Positions 28,569 to 37,770 of a DNA stretch of 64,000 nucleotides are shown one piece after another (the stretch's first letter is position 1; every line of letters begins with the position of its first letter). Made by a program: the position numbers and the translations under genes. Location: the NCBI GenBank assembly GCA_965218295.1, contig CBDCKN010000013.1, positions 96,001 through 160,000 of the forward strand, given 5' to 3'. The notes below the pieces were generated by a model that did no database searches, was not told the DNA's origin, and worked only from the letters and a program-made list of their open reading frames with translations. The DNA comes from Longimicrobiales bacterium (GTDB taxonomy: Bacteria; Gemmatimonadota; Gemmatimonadetes; Longimicrobiales; Gaopeijiaceae).

Positions 28569-29630
28569 GATGTACGTCAGCAGCTCCGGGTCATAGAGGT
28601 CCGATACGAAGCTCTGGTATCCGTTGAAGAGCTGCGTTCCTATTGACGTGGAGGTCCCCAGGGGAGTCTCGAGGTTCTGCGGCCAACGCGGGTGTGCGAC
28701 ATCGGGATTCACGTTGGAGTAGAAGCCGTACTCGTGAGGTGCCAGGACATTCCAGAATGTCGGCGGCTCCTCCCTGGTGAACTCGATCCGGACCATGGAC
28801 TTGGCGCTTTTGAAGCCGTACTTCCAAGGAAGGGCCAGACGCCAGGGCGCCCCGTGCTGCTTGGGTAACGGCTCACCGAAAACGCTCGTCACGACGAACG
28901 CGAGCTCGTTCCTGGCTTCGTCCAACCGGAGCGCCTCGAAGTACGGCCACGGATAATTCGGCTGAATGCGCTGGCCCACCGCCTCGTCGGGGCGGTTGAA
29001 CGACACGAAGCGAACGTAATTGGCCGAGGAGAGCGGCTTGAGCTTGTCGATGAGCTTGGCCAGCGGGTAGCCTGTCCAGGGTACGACCATCGACCAGCGC
29101 TCGACGCATCGGTGCCTGTACAGACGCTCTTCGAGCCCGAACTCTCTCTCGAAGTCAGAGATGTCGTAGACCCCGACTCCCTCGGCCTCGCCCACGACCT
29201 CTACGCTCCAAGGCCACACCTTGAACGGTCCGACATAGGGCCAGACCAAGTTCGTGCTACCCACCGTGCCGATAAACTCGTAGAAGTTGTTGAATACCGC
29301 CGCCTGTAGGCGATCGGTCTGGTCCGGTCCCGGAACGTCGAAGGTCGAGTTCCGGACTGCCGGGTAGAGATTTGCGGTAGGCGACGGGCAAATCGATTGA
29401 AGTGGGCTGAGCATGGTGGAGTCGTTGCACCCCGCCTGCGCGACCGGGACCTCAGGGGTCTCGTCGACCAGCTCTGCAGGCGTGAACTCGGAACCGCACG
29501 CCCCGAGACCCAGGGCCGCCATCCCCAGTCCGGAGCTCTTGAGGAACGCTCGGCGGTCGAGATACACCGATTCCGGTGTCGCCTCGCGGTCGGGGATTCG
29601 CCATTCCGGCGGAATGATGACGTTAGCCAT
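28563..29630 (-). CDS. msrP: Protein-methionine-sulfoxide reductase catalytic subunit MsrP (YedY)
   Basis: TPESVYLDRRAFLK Tat motif, NNFYEF, RCVE.WSM..PW.G, PWKYGFKS.KS, EYGFYSNVNP. Confidence 0.92.
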   Translation of the reverse strand: MANVIIPPEWRIPDREATPESVYLDRRAFLKSSGLGMAALGLGACGSEFTPAELVDETPEVPVAQAGCNDSTMLSPLQSICPSPTANLYPAVRNSTFDVPGPDQTDRLQAAVFNNFYEFIGTVGSTNLVWPYVGPFKVWPWSVEVVGEAEGVGVYDISDFEREFGLEERLYRHRCVERWSMVVPWTGYPLAKLIDKLKPLSSANYVRFVSFNRPDEAVGQRIQPNYPWPYFEALRLDEARNELAFVVTSVFGEPLPKQHGAPWRLALPWKYGFKSAKSMVRIEFTREEPPTFWNVLAPHEYGFYSNVNPDVAHPRWPQNLETPLGTSTSIGTQLFNGYQSFVSDLYDPELLTYIS

Positions 29631-29838
29631 GGATCCTCTCAAACCAACCCGTCGAAGGCCTGCCGGAGTGTCCGGCCTGCATCCGTGGGCTCGGCGTTGG
29701 GACTCCTTACCGTAGCTTGGGCTACACCGCGTCGTCCCGCCTTGATCCCACGGGCCCAAGCCCTCTTGGTGGCTCGCGAACTTTGGCAAGGGAACACTAG
29801 CGTGCGACCCACCTTCCTACAAATCCGGGCCCGAGCGT

Positions 29839-29873
29839 TCGTACGTATCTTTATATCGTGAGTATACGTACGA
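29839..29873. promoter_or_regulatory. AT-rich inverted repeat TCGTACGTAT-N15-ATACGTACGA
   Basis: Perfect 10-bp arms between the dehydrogenase stop and msrP; function not established. Confidence 0.45.
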
Positions 29874-29904
29874 GGCCGTAGTGCTGCTATTTTGTAACAT
29901 CACA

Positions 29905-30963
29905 CTAGTATCCCCGGGCCTTGCCCACCTCGTTGAGGAGGGGCTCGCCGTCCAGCAGGCGTCGGAGGTTCTCGATGATGAGGTCCGCCTCCCGCCGCCA
30001 AAACGACCTCGTGATCCCGGACACGTGGGGCGTCAACAGAACGTTGGACAGGGACCACAGGGGATGCTCCTCCGGAAGGGGCTCCCGGGCGAATACGTCC
30101 AGCCCAGCCCCACGGAGTTGGCGGGACTCCAGCGCCTCCACGAGCGCGTCTTCGTCCACGAGCGATCCGCGAGACACGTTGATCACCACAGCTCCTTTTC
30201 GCATGGCAGCGAGGGCGCTCCTGGAGATGATACCCTGGGTCTCGGGTGTCGCTGGCGCCGACAGCACCACGTAATCGCTCGCTGCCAGCAGCTCCTGGAG
30301 GCCGGCATCCCCCGAGACGACCCGGATCTCTCCGGCCCGGCCTTCACCGGCCCAGGCGGGGCGCTCCCCCGGCTGTCCCGGACTCCGGCGGAGCCCTATG
30401 ACGCTCGCCCCGAACGCCGTCACTCGGAGAGCGACCTCCCGGCCGACCCCTCCCAGTCCGACGATCCCGACAGTACTCTCGGAGAGCTCGCGTATGGGTG
30501 ACGTCGCTTCGTAGTAGGATTCGGTGCTCCATCGTCCCTCGGCCATGCCCGCGACGGCAAAGTCCAGACCCCGTGCGAAGTAGAGAATCATCCCCAACAC
30601 GGTCTCCGCAATGGGAATCGCGTGGATCCCGGCAGAATTCGTGAAGTGGACCGGGCTGGCGAGCATTTCGGGCGTGAGCGAGCCTCCGACTCCCGCCGCA
30701 CCAGTGTGGACCCACTCGAGCTGACGTCCCTCAGTCAGAACCTCGGCCGGAATACCGAAGGCCAGGTAGGCCCGGGCGTCACGGACAGCCTCAAGCACCT
30801 CGGCGCTGACCCGAGCCGACCCGTCACCCGAGCCGTCGGCGTCTTCCTCGATGACCACGATGTGCCAGTCGGGGGGAAGGGCCTCACGGAGGTGCTCGAC
30901 AAACCAATCCGGACGGGCCCACGCCGGGCGCCGGTCCTTCATGTCCAGGACGAGTTTGTTCAT
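29905..30963 (-). CDS. D-2-hydroxyacid dehydrogenase
   Basis: GIVGLGGVG, INVSRG, GAGLDVF..EPL, LTPHVSG. Confidence 0.92.
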   Translation of the reverse strand: MNKLVLDMKDRRPAWARPDWFVEHLREALPPDWHIVVIEEDADGSGDGSARVSAEVLEAVRDARAYLAFGIPAEVLTEGRQLEWVHTGAAGVGGSLTPEMLASPVHFTNSAGIHAIPIAETVLGMILYFARGLDFAVAGMAEGRWSTESYYEATSPIRELSESTVGIVGLGGVGREVALRVTAFGASVIGLRRSPGQPGERPAWAGEGRAGEIRVVSGDAGLQELLAASDYVVLSAPATPETQGIISRSALAAMRKGAVVINVSRGSLVDEDALVEALESRQLRGAGLDVFAREPLPEEHPLWSLSNVLLTPHVSGITRSFWRREADLIIENLRRLLDGEPLLNEVGKARGY

Positions 30964-30971
30964 GTGCGGTC

Positions 30972-31370
30972 AGGGGGCTCGTGAGGGTCGCGCTCGGGGC
31001 TGCTGCTTCCGCCCCGCCCCGCCCCGCCGCCTGCAGATGCCCCTCCCTGCGACCCTCACGAGCCCCCTTCTCCGACATGGGTGGATGCCCTAGGCGTGGG
31101 CGGGAGGATGCTCGAACGGGAGGGCGAGTTCGCTTCCTTCATCGTATCAAGACGCCCCAACGCCTCGAAAAACCGGACAGGTGGGTTCTGGCGTGCGGTG
31201 TCGAGCCCTCGAGGGGCATCTGCAGGAGGGGCGCGAAAACAACGTGCCAACGCCCCGAAAAGCCGAACACGTGGGTTCTGGGGTGCGGTGTGGAGCCCTC
31301 GGGGGGCATCTGAGGCGGGGGGCCGGGGGCCGGGGAACAGCCGCCCCCCGAGGGCTCCACACCGCACCCC
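30972..31370. repeat. Composite palindromic repeat element (REP/BIME/MITE-like)
   Basis: 20-bp perfect IR (30972-30991 / 31049-31068), 90-bp-period direct repeat (31157 / 31247), 28-bp perfect IR (31280-31307 / 31343-31370). Confidence 0.85.
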
Positions 31371-31380
31371 CACCCACACG

Positions 31381-32679
31381 TCACGGCGACAACCGATTCA
31401 TGAGCCGCGGGAACGGGATGAGCTCACGGATGTGATGGCGTCCGGTGATCCACGCGACGGTGCGCTCCAGACCCAGCCCGAATCCCGAGTGGACGAACGT
31501 GCCGTAACGGCGGAGATCCAGGTACCAGGAATAGGCCTCCTCTGGCAGCTTTTCTTCACGAATCCGTCGCAAGAGCCGGTCCAGATCATCCTCGCGCTGG
31601 CTCCCCCCGATGAGCTCCCCGTATTCCCGTACCAGCAGGTCGTTACAGAGCACTGTCCTGGGGTCGTCCGGATTCTCCTTCATGTAGAACGCCTTGACCG
31701 TTTTGGGATAGTCGTGGACGAAGACGGGCTGATCGAATTGCTCGGTCAGGAGCATCTCCTCGGGCACACCCAGGTCGCGCCCCCATACGATCTCGCTGCC
31801 CTTCTCCTGCAGAAGCGCCACTGCATCGGTGTAGGAGATGCGGGCGAAGAGAGACGAAACCGCCTCCAGCTCGCTCGTATCCCGCTCCAGAACCTCGAGC
31901 TCCGTCCCGCACCGCTCCAGTGCCCGCTCCACGATGTGGCAGACGAAGTCCTCCTGGAGGGTCATGTTGTCGTTCGAGTCCGCGAAGGCCACTTCCGGCT
32001 CGATCATCCAGAACTCCGTCAGGTGTCTGCGGGTCTTGGACTTCTCGGCCCGGAACGTAGGGCCGAAGCAGTAGACCTTTCGGAAGGCGGGACAGGCGGC
32101 CTCCGCATAGAGCTGGCCGGTCTGCGCCAGATAGGCAGACTCCCCGAAGTAGTCGGTCTCGAACAGGGTGCCGGCAGACTCCCCGATTGACCCGGTGAGG
32201 ATCGGCGTGTCAATCCGGACGAAGTCACGCTCGTAGAAGAAGTCGTGGATGGCCTGCTCCACCTCGTGGCGGACCCGGAGGCCGGCCCGCTGGAGGCTCG
32301 ACCTAAGCCACAGGTGACGATAGTCCAGAAGGAACTCGACCCCGTGCTCCTTGGGCTGAATCGGGTATTCCTCCGACGGCCCGAGAAGCTCGAGGCCGGT
32401 CACGCCGATCTCGAACCCGCCCGGGGCCCTGGTCTCCTCCCGGACCTCGCCCGTGAGCGCCACCGAGGACTCCTGGGTGATCGACCCGTGGAGCACCCAT
32501 GTCTCCTCGGGCACCTCGTTCTTGAGCAGCACCCCCTGCACCAGCCCCGTCCCGTCCCGTAACACGAGGAAGCCCACCTTACCGTGGCTTCGGGTGGTGT
32601 CCGCCCATCCGAGTACCGTGACCTTCTTCCCGACGTGCTCGCGTAGCGAGCGGACCTCCGTAATCGCCTCGTGACTCAT
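31381..32679 (-). CDS. asnS: Asparagine--tRNA ligase
   Basis: RHLWLRS, AYLAQTGQLY.E, FRAEKSKTRRHLTEFWM.EPE, GGSQRE, HSGFGLGLER. Confidence 0.96.
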   Translation of the reverse strand: MSHEAITEVRSLREHVGKKVTVLGWADTTRSHGKVGFLVLRDGTGLVQGVLLKNEVPEETWVLHGSITQESSVALTGEVREETRAPGGFEIGVTGLELLGPSEEYPIQPKEHGVEFLLDYRHLWLRSSLQRAGLRVRHEVEQAIHDFFYERDFVRIDTPILTGSIGESAGTLFETDYFGESAYLAQTGQLYAEAACPAFRKVYCFGPTFRAEKSKTRRHLTEFWMIEPEVAFADSNDNMTLQEDFVCHIVERALERCGTELEVLERDTSELEAVSSLFARISYTDAVALLQEKGSEIVWGRDLGVPEEMLLTEQFDQPVFVHDYPKTVKAFYMKENPDDPRTVLCNDLLVREYGELIGGSQREDDLDRLLRRIREEKLPEEAYSWYLDLRRYGTFVHSGFGLGLERTVAWITGRHHIRELIPFPRLMNRLSP

Positions 32680-32729
32680 CTTTTTCGAATATCCAAGGGT
32701 GAGCGAGCGCCGGTGTGGAGAACGGGACT

Positions 32730-32770
32730 TAGTGTTCCGTTGCCGAAGTGTCTGCGGAAACGGAACACTA
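32730..32770. repeat. Hairpin downstream of recG with a CGTTGCCG-N9-CGGAAACG core
   Basis: tagtgttccgtt / aacggaacacta 12-bp perfect arms. Confidence 0.8.
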
Positions 32771-32776
32771 GCGGGC

Positions 32777-34867
32777 TCAGCCGACCGAGAAAAGCTTGAG
32801 GCGCTCCGCGTAGCGGTGATCCATGAGGCCGCGGATGCGAGACACGCCCTCGCCCTCCAGCTCCGGGTCGGTTTCCACCAGAGCCCGGGCTCGTGTCTGT
32901 GCCTCCACGAGCAGCCCCTCGTCCCTCGAGAGGTCGGCGAATCGAAGGATGGCGTCGCGACCGTGCTGCTGAGGTCCGAAGAGATCTCCCTGCCCCCGGA
33001 TGCGCAGATCCGCCTGGGCCACCGCGAAGCCATCGGACGTGTCCCTCAAGACCTTCAAGCGCTCCGCTGCCAGCTCGCCGGGCTCGGCGATGAGGATGCA
33101 ATGGCTCTTCGACGGCCCGCGGCCGACCCGGCCGCGGAGCTGGTGGAGCTGCGACAGCCCGAAGCGCTCGGCGTGCTCGATAACCATGACGCTGGCGTTG
33201 GGGACATCGATGCCCACTTCGATCACCGTGGTCGCCACCAGGATGTCCAGCTCACCGGCGAGGAAGGCCCGCATCACCCGATCCTTCTCGTCACTGGGAA
33301 GCTGACCGTGAATCAACGCGACCCGTCGCTCCGGGAAAACCTTGCTGGCGAGGCGCTCGTGCTCCTCCGTCGCCGAGCGCAGATCCACCTTCTCCGACTC
33401 GTCCACCAGCGGATAGACCACGTACGCCTGCCGGCCCGCCTCGAGCTCGGACTCGAGGAACCGGTAGACATCGTCCCGCTTGCTCGGGTAGCGGAGGAGC
33501 GTCTCCACCGGCTTCCGATCCGGTGGGAGCTCGCTGACAATCGACAGATCCAGATCCCCATACAGGGCCATGGCCAGAGACCGAGGGATGGGCGTGGCAG
33601 ACATGACGAGTGTGTCGGGCCGTACCTCACGCTCACCGAGGACCATGCGCTGGCGGACGCCGAACCGGTGTTGCTCATCCACGACCACCAGGCCCAGGTC
33701 GGAGAACTCCACCCCCTCCTGTATCAGCGCATGGGTGCCCACGATCAGACGCGCGCTCCCGTCTTTCAGGGCCGCCATGGTCTCTCCTCGCTCGGCGGCG
33801 CCCAACCGCCCGGTGAGCAGGTGGATCTGGAGATCCAGCGGCTCCACGAGCGTCCCCAGCTTCCTGGCGTGCTGCTCCGCCAGGAGCTCCGTGGGAGCCA
33901 TCAGCACCGTCTGAAATCCCCCTTCCACGGCCAGGAGCATGGCGAAGAGTGCAACGATGGTTTTCCCCGACCCCACGTCGCCCTGAAGCATGCGGTTCAT
34001 CCGACGGCTGGACCCCATGTCGGCGTAGATCTCCCTGAGGACCCCGGCCTGGGCGTCCGTCAGGGTGAACGACAGCGATTCATGCAGGGAGCGGATGAGC
34101 TCGTTCGTGCGCTCGAACACGATCCCGGGCGTCTGAACGGACTCCCTGTACCGGACCTGGGCCTGGACCAGCTGAAGAAAGAACAGCTCGTCGAACGCCA
34201 GACGACGACGGGCCGCCTCTACGCTGCCCATGGACGCCGGACGGTGAAGCACATCCAGTGCCTCCCCGAGTCCCGGCACGCGGAGCTCGCCCTGCTCCGA
34301 CGCTGTCAGGTACTCCTCCTCGGGCACGTCTCCGAGGAGTGCGTCCAGGTTCTTCTCGAAAAGCCCCCTGAGGACCCACTGTGGCACTTCCTCGCTCGCC
34401 GGGTACGTCACGAAGACGTGTCCGTGGTCACCCTCGACGGGAGATTCGTCCGACGCCCGGGCCAGTACGGTGAACTCTCTGGGTCGGAGCTGCCGCCCGT
34501 GGAAGAACCTCACCGGGCCAGTCACCAGGAGGAGGTCCCCCTCCTTGAGCTTCCGCTCCAACCACGGCTGCCCGGGCCATGCGCACGTGATCATCCCAGA
34601 GTCGTCTTGGAGGACGGCCTGGAAGATCCGGAGCCCCTTCCGGGTGGGGATCACGCCCTTGGAGCGAACACGACCGACCGCCGTGACGTCCGCTCCCACA
34701 GCCAGGTCGGCGATGGGCTGAACCGTGGAGGCGTCGTCGTAGCGGCGAGGCACGTGATACAGGAGGTCCCGGGCCGTAGCGATCCCCATGCGTCCTAGGG
34801 CCCCGGCGCGCACCGGGCCGACACCCTTCAAAAACTGGACTGGGCGGTCCAGCTTGAAGAAGCTCAC
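32777..34867 (-). CDS. recG: ATP-dependent DNA helicase RecG
   Basis: LQGDVGSGKT, DEQHRFGV.QR, MSATPIPR, QLHQLRGRVGRG. Confidence 0.97.
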   Translation of the reverse strand: MSFFKLDRPVQFLKGVGPVRAGALGRMGIATARDLLYHVPRRYDDASTVQPIADLAVGADVTAVGRVRSKGVIPTRKGLRIFQAVLQDDSGMITCAWPGQPWLERKLKEGDLLLVTGPVRFFHGRQLRPREFTVLARASDESPVEGDHGHVFVTYPASEEVPQWVLRGLFEKNLDALLGDVPEEEYLTASEQGELRVPGLGEALDVLHRPASMGSVEAARRRLAFDELFFLQLVQAQVRYRESVQTPGIVFERTNELIRSLHESLSFTLTDAQAGVLREIYADMGSSRRMNRMLQGDVGSGKTIVALFAMLLAVEGGFQTVLMAPTELLAEQHARKLGTLVEPLDLQIHLLTGRLGAAERGETMAALKDGSARLIVGTHALIQEGVEFSDLGLVVVDEQHRFGVRQRMVLGEREVRPDTLVMSATPIPRSLAMALYGDLDLSIVSELPPDRKPVETLLRYPSKRDDVYRFLESELEAGRQAYVVYPLVDESEKVDLRSATEEHERLASKVFPERRVALIHGQLPSDEKDRVMRAFLAGELDILVATTVIEVGIDVPNASVMVIEHAERFGLSQLHQLRGRVGRGPSKSHCILIAEPGELAAERLKVLRDTSDGFAVAQADLRIRGQGDLFGPQQHGRDAILRFADLSRDEGLLVEAQTRARALVETDPELEGEGVSRIRGLMDHRYAERLKLFSVG

Positions 34868-35787
34868 TCCTCGAACACCCCCTCGATGAAGTCGTCCGGG
34901 TCGAACGCCGCCAGGTCGTCGATCCCCTCACCCAGGCCCACGAGCTTGACCGGCAGCCCGAACTCCTGCTGAAGGCCGAGCACGATGCCCCCCCGGGCGG
35001 TGCTGTCCAGCTTGGCGAGGATGATACCCGAGAGGTCCACGATCTCCCGGAAGGCCCGAACCTGAGAGATGGCGTTCTGACCCACAGTGGCGTCCAGAAC
35101 GATGAGGGACTCGTGGGGCGCCCCCTCACAGCGACGCCTGATGACCCGATCCACCTTCTCCAGCTCCTCCATGAGGCCCCGCTGAGTGTGGAGACGGCCC
35201 GCCGTGTCCACCAGGACCACGTCGATCCCTCTCGCCTCCGCGGCATCGATGCTGTCGAAGGCCACGGCGGCCGGGTCGCCGCCTTGCTGGCCTGCGACGA
35301 AGTCGGCTCCGATGCGCTCCGACCACTGGCGGAGCTGCTCTACCGCCCCCGCCCGGAAGGTGTCGGCGGCGGCCACGAGCACGCTCTTGCCCTCTTGCCT
35401 GATCCAGTGGGCGAGCTTCGCCACGGACGTGGTCTTGCCGACTCCGTTGACACCGACCATAAGGTATACCGTGGGGCCTTCTTCGGCCGCGTGGAGGTAC
35501 GACTCGGTGGCCGGTTGCAGGATCCGGAACATCTCGTCCTTGAGGGCCGCCCGGAGCTCCTTGCCTCCTCTGACCTTCCCTCTCCGGGCCAAGCCGTCGA
35601 CGTGACTCACGAGGCGCACGGTGGCGTCGACTCCGAAGTCGGAAGCGAGAAGACGTTCCTCCAAGGACTCCAGGGATTCATGGTCCACCCCCCCCACGGC
35701 CACCCGGAGGTCGGTCAGCGCGAGGTCCACCGCCCTCCGCCAAAGTCCCGTCCTACGCTCGTTCTTCCGTTTGAACAGTCGGGCCAT
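34864..35787 (-). CDS. ftsY: SRP receptor FtsY
   Basis: GVNGVGKTT, DTFRAGA, DTAGRL, KLDSTARGG. Confidence 0.96.
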   Translation of the reverse strand: MARLFKRKNERRTGLWRRAVDLALTDLRVAVGGVDHESLESLEERLLASDFGVDATVRLVSHVDGLARRGKVRGGKELRAALKDEMFRILQPATESYLHAAEEGPTVYLMVGVNGVGKTTSVAKLAHWIRQEGKSVLVAAADTFRAGAVEQLRQWSERIGADFVAGQQGGDPAAVAFDSIDAAEARGIDVVLVDTAGRLHTQRGLMEELEKVDRVIRRRCEGAPHESLIVLDATVGQNAISQVRAFREIVDLSGIILAKLDSTARGGIVLGLQQEFGLPVKLVGLGEGIDDLAAFDPDDFIEGVFEE

Positions 35788-35793
35788 ACGGCG

Positions 35794-37770
35794 CTAGCGA
35801 AGCCCCCAGCGCCGGCGGCCGATCCACTCCGCCGACAAGAGGACGATGATCAGGAGGTAGGGGAACGGGTGTGTGCGGATCGGGCGTCTGGGCCGCCGAT
35901 TGCCCAGCGGGGTCCTCTCGCCGCCGGTGCTGGGCCCTGAGGTGAGCTCCGTAGGCTGCCTGAGCAGCTCGAGGCTGTGTCGCTCGGATTCCACGCGTCC
36001 GCGCCCGATGGCGTCACCCTCACCCACGCGTGTGGCCTGGTATGCGTACTCCGCGGCAGGGAGCCGCCGGGTGCGTGCCTCTCCCGCGCCGTCCACGACC
36101 ACCGTGGTGTCCATGACCACCGAGTCTCCGGCGGAGATCGTCACTACGATGGAATCGCCGGTCATGCCCGGCGCCCGCCACGTCGGCTCCTCCCAGACGC
36201 TCCAGACCCGGGTGGCGGGACGGATCTCGGCACCTTCCTCGACAGGGGTGGAGGCCAGAAGCCATCCGACGACTCTTGCCCACAGCCGCCGATAGACCTG
36301 CCGATCGGGGCCCTCACGGAACGCCCATCGCCAGAATCCCGATGCGAGCACCACGGCCCGGCGCCGTCCCTGATCCTCCCTGAGCACAAGGGCCGCCTCC
36401 GCGGGTCCAGTCCCCTGGAGCTGCAACTGCAACGGACTGGTCGGAGACTCGGGCCGCACCCTCGGGAGGACGTTGCCGAGTGGGGGCAGTCCCGTCAGAT
36501 CTGCCCCGGCCAGACTGGCGGCCAAAGGAGACGGCGGGAGGTCCGGCACGGGATACCACTCTCCGGGCAGGGGAGGGCCGGCCCGCACGCCGGCGGCCAT
36601 AGCTCCTCCGGGATCGGCGGGGAACAACAGCGCACGGGGACTCCCAGCCAGGGCCTCCGTCACCCACTGAGGCGGATTCCTACCGACTCCGTGAAGGACG
36701 AGGAAGTCGGCACCCGAGGCAGCCCTGCGCACGTCGGCCGCATCCGACGACCCACCGGCATCCGCCCCGGCACCCAACTCCAGATAGCGGCCGTCACCCA
36801 TGGCGAGGAAACCGCGGGTATTGAGGCCCGTCACCTGGGAGAGCACGGGCAGCAGGAAGCGCGGCTCCCAATCGGGCCGGAGAGAGACCAGGACCAGACC
36901 GCCCTCCTCGGGATCGACCTCGACGAAGGCCGCCTTTGTGTCGTCCCCGGCAAAGTCGTCCCCCTCCAGCTCCACCGACAGCTGGTACCGTATCCAACCC
37001 GACGAACGAGGAACCGGGAGGCGAATCGAAGTCGTGGCCAGGCGTCCGAAGCCGGCAGGCAGGACTCCCAACGAAGCGGCGAGACGACCCTCTTCGAAGA
37101 TCTGCAGACGGATCGTATCGGCAGGCCCGGCTTCTTCTGAAAAGACCGCCACCTGGGCCACCAGGGTGTCCCCGGACTCGGCTCTCCTCGGCAGCTCGAA
37201 CCGGGCTATGCCGGCATTTCGGATCCCCTCCTCCCCGCTCTCGCTCTGGAGATCCAGGGACAGACGCTGCGCCGTCAGGTTCGCCTCGACGGGATCATCC
37301 AGCCGCAGATCCGAGAGTATCGTCACCCCCTCGGCACCGGACTCGGCCACGCGGGCCAGGGCGGGAGCCAGTCGGGAAGTCCCCTCGGTCGGCAAGAGAG
37401 TGTCGAGGGAATCCATCGGGACGATCCTCGGAGTGCCTCCGAACACTAGGACCTGTGCCCCCTCGGCGGCGAGCTCCTGGGCCCTTGCCAAGGCCACGGT
37501 CCAGGCAGCCTCGCCTCCGTCCGCGCCCGCCTCCATGCTGGCCGAGCCATCGAGGAGCACCCAGCGGTCAGCCCCCGCGAAGGCTCCGGCTCGGCTGCCG
37601 GGCAGATGTGGATCCCAGAGGAGCAGGAGAACCATGACGAGGATGAGCCCCCGGGCGACCCCTAGCACATCGCGGCCTGGAATCGGGAGCTCCCGGCGAT
37701 AGTAGATCCACGCGGCGAACGCAGCGGCAGCAGCAGCCAGGGCTCCGAAAACGAGCCAGGAAAAGGTCAC
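35794..37770 (-). CDS. Membrane protein with vWA-like domain
   Basis: N-terminal TM pair, LLDGSASM MIDAS-like motif, C-terminal TM ending EWIGRRRWGL. Confidence 0.6.
   Translation of the reverse strand: MTFSWLVFGALAAAAAAFAAWIYYRRELPIPGRDVLGVARGLILVMVLLLLWDPHLPGSRAGAFAGADRWVLLDGSASMEAGADGGEAAWTVALARAQELAAEGAQVLVFGGTPRIVPMDSLDTLLPTEGTSRLAPALARVAESGAEGVTILSDLRLDDPVEANLTAQRLSLDLQSESGEEGIRNAGIARFELPRRAESGDTLVAQVAVFSEEAGPADTIRLQIFEEGRLAASLGVLPAGFGRLATTSIRLPVPRSSGWIRYQLSVELEGDDFAGDDTKAAFVEVDPEEGGLVLVSLRPDWEPRFLLPVLSQVTGLNTRGFLAMGDGRYLELGAGADAGGSSDAADVRRAASGADFLVLHGVGRNPPQWVTEALAGSPRALLFPADPGGAMAAGVRAGPPLPGEWYPVPDLPPSPLAASLAGADLTGLPPLGNVLPRVRPESPTSPLQLQLQGTGPAEAALVLREDQGRRRAVVLASGFWRWAFREGPDRQVYRRLWARVVGWLLASTPVEEGAEIRPATRVWSVWEEPTWRAPGMTGDSIVVTISAGDSVVMDTTVVVDGAGEARTRRLPAAEYAYQATRVGEGDAIGRGRVESERHSLELLRQPTELTSGPSTGGERTPLGNRRPRRPIRTHPFPYLLIIVLLSAEWIGRRRWGLR

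Noticed and set aside
29889..29904. CRP-like site ending in TCACA
   Set aside because: The left half-site does not match TGTGA
30981..31435. Small ORFs across the asnS-dehydrogenase spacer
   Set aside because: Translations only mirror the DNA repeats; no RBS or protein motif
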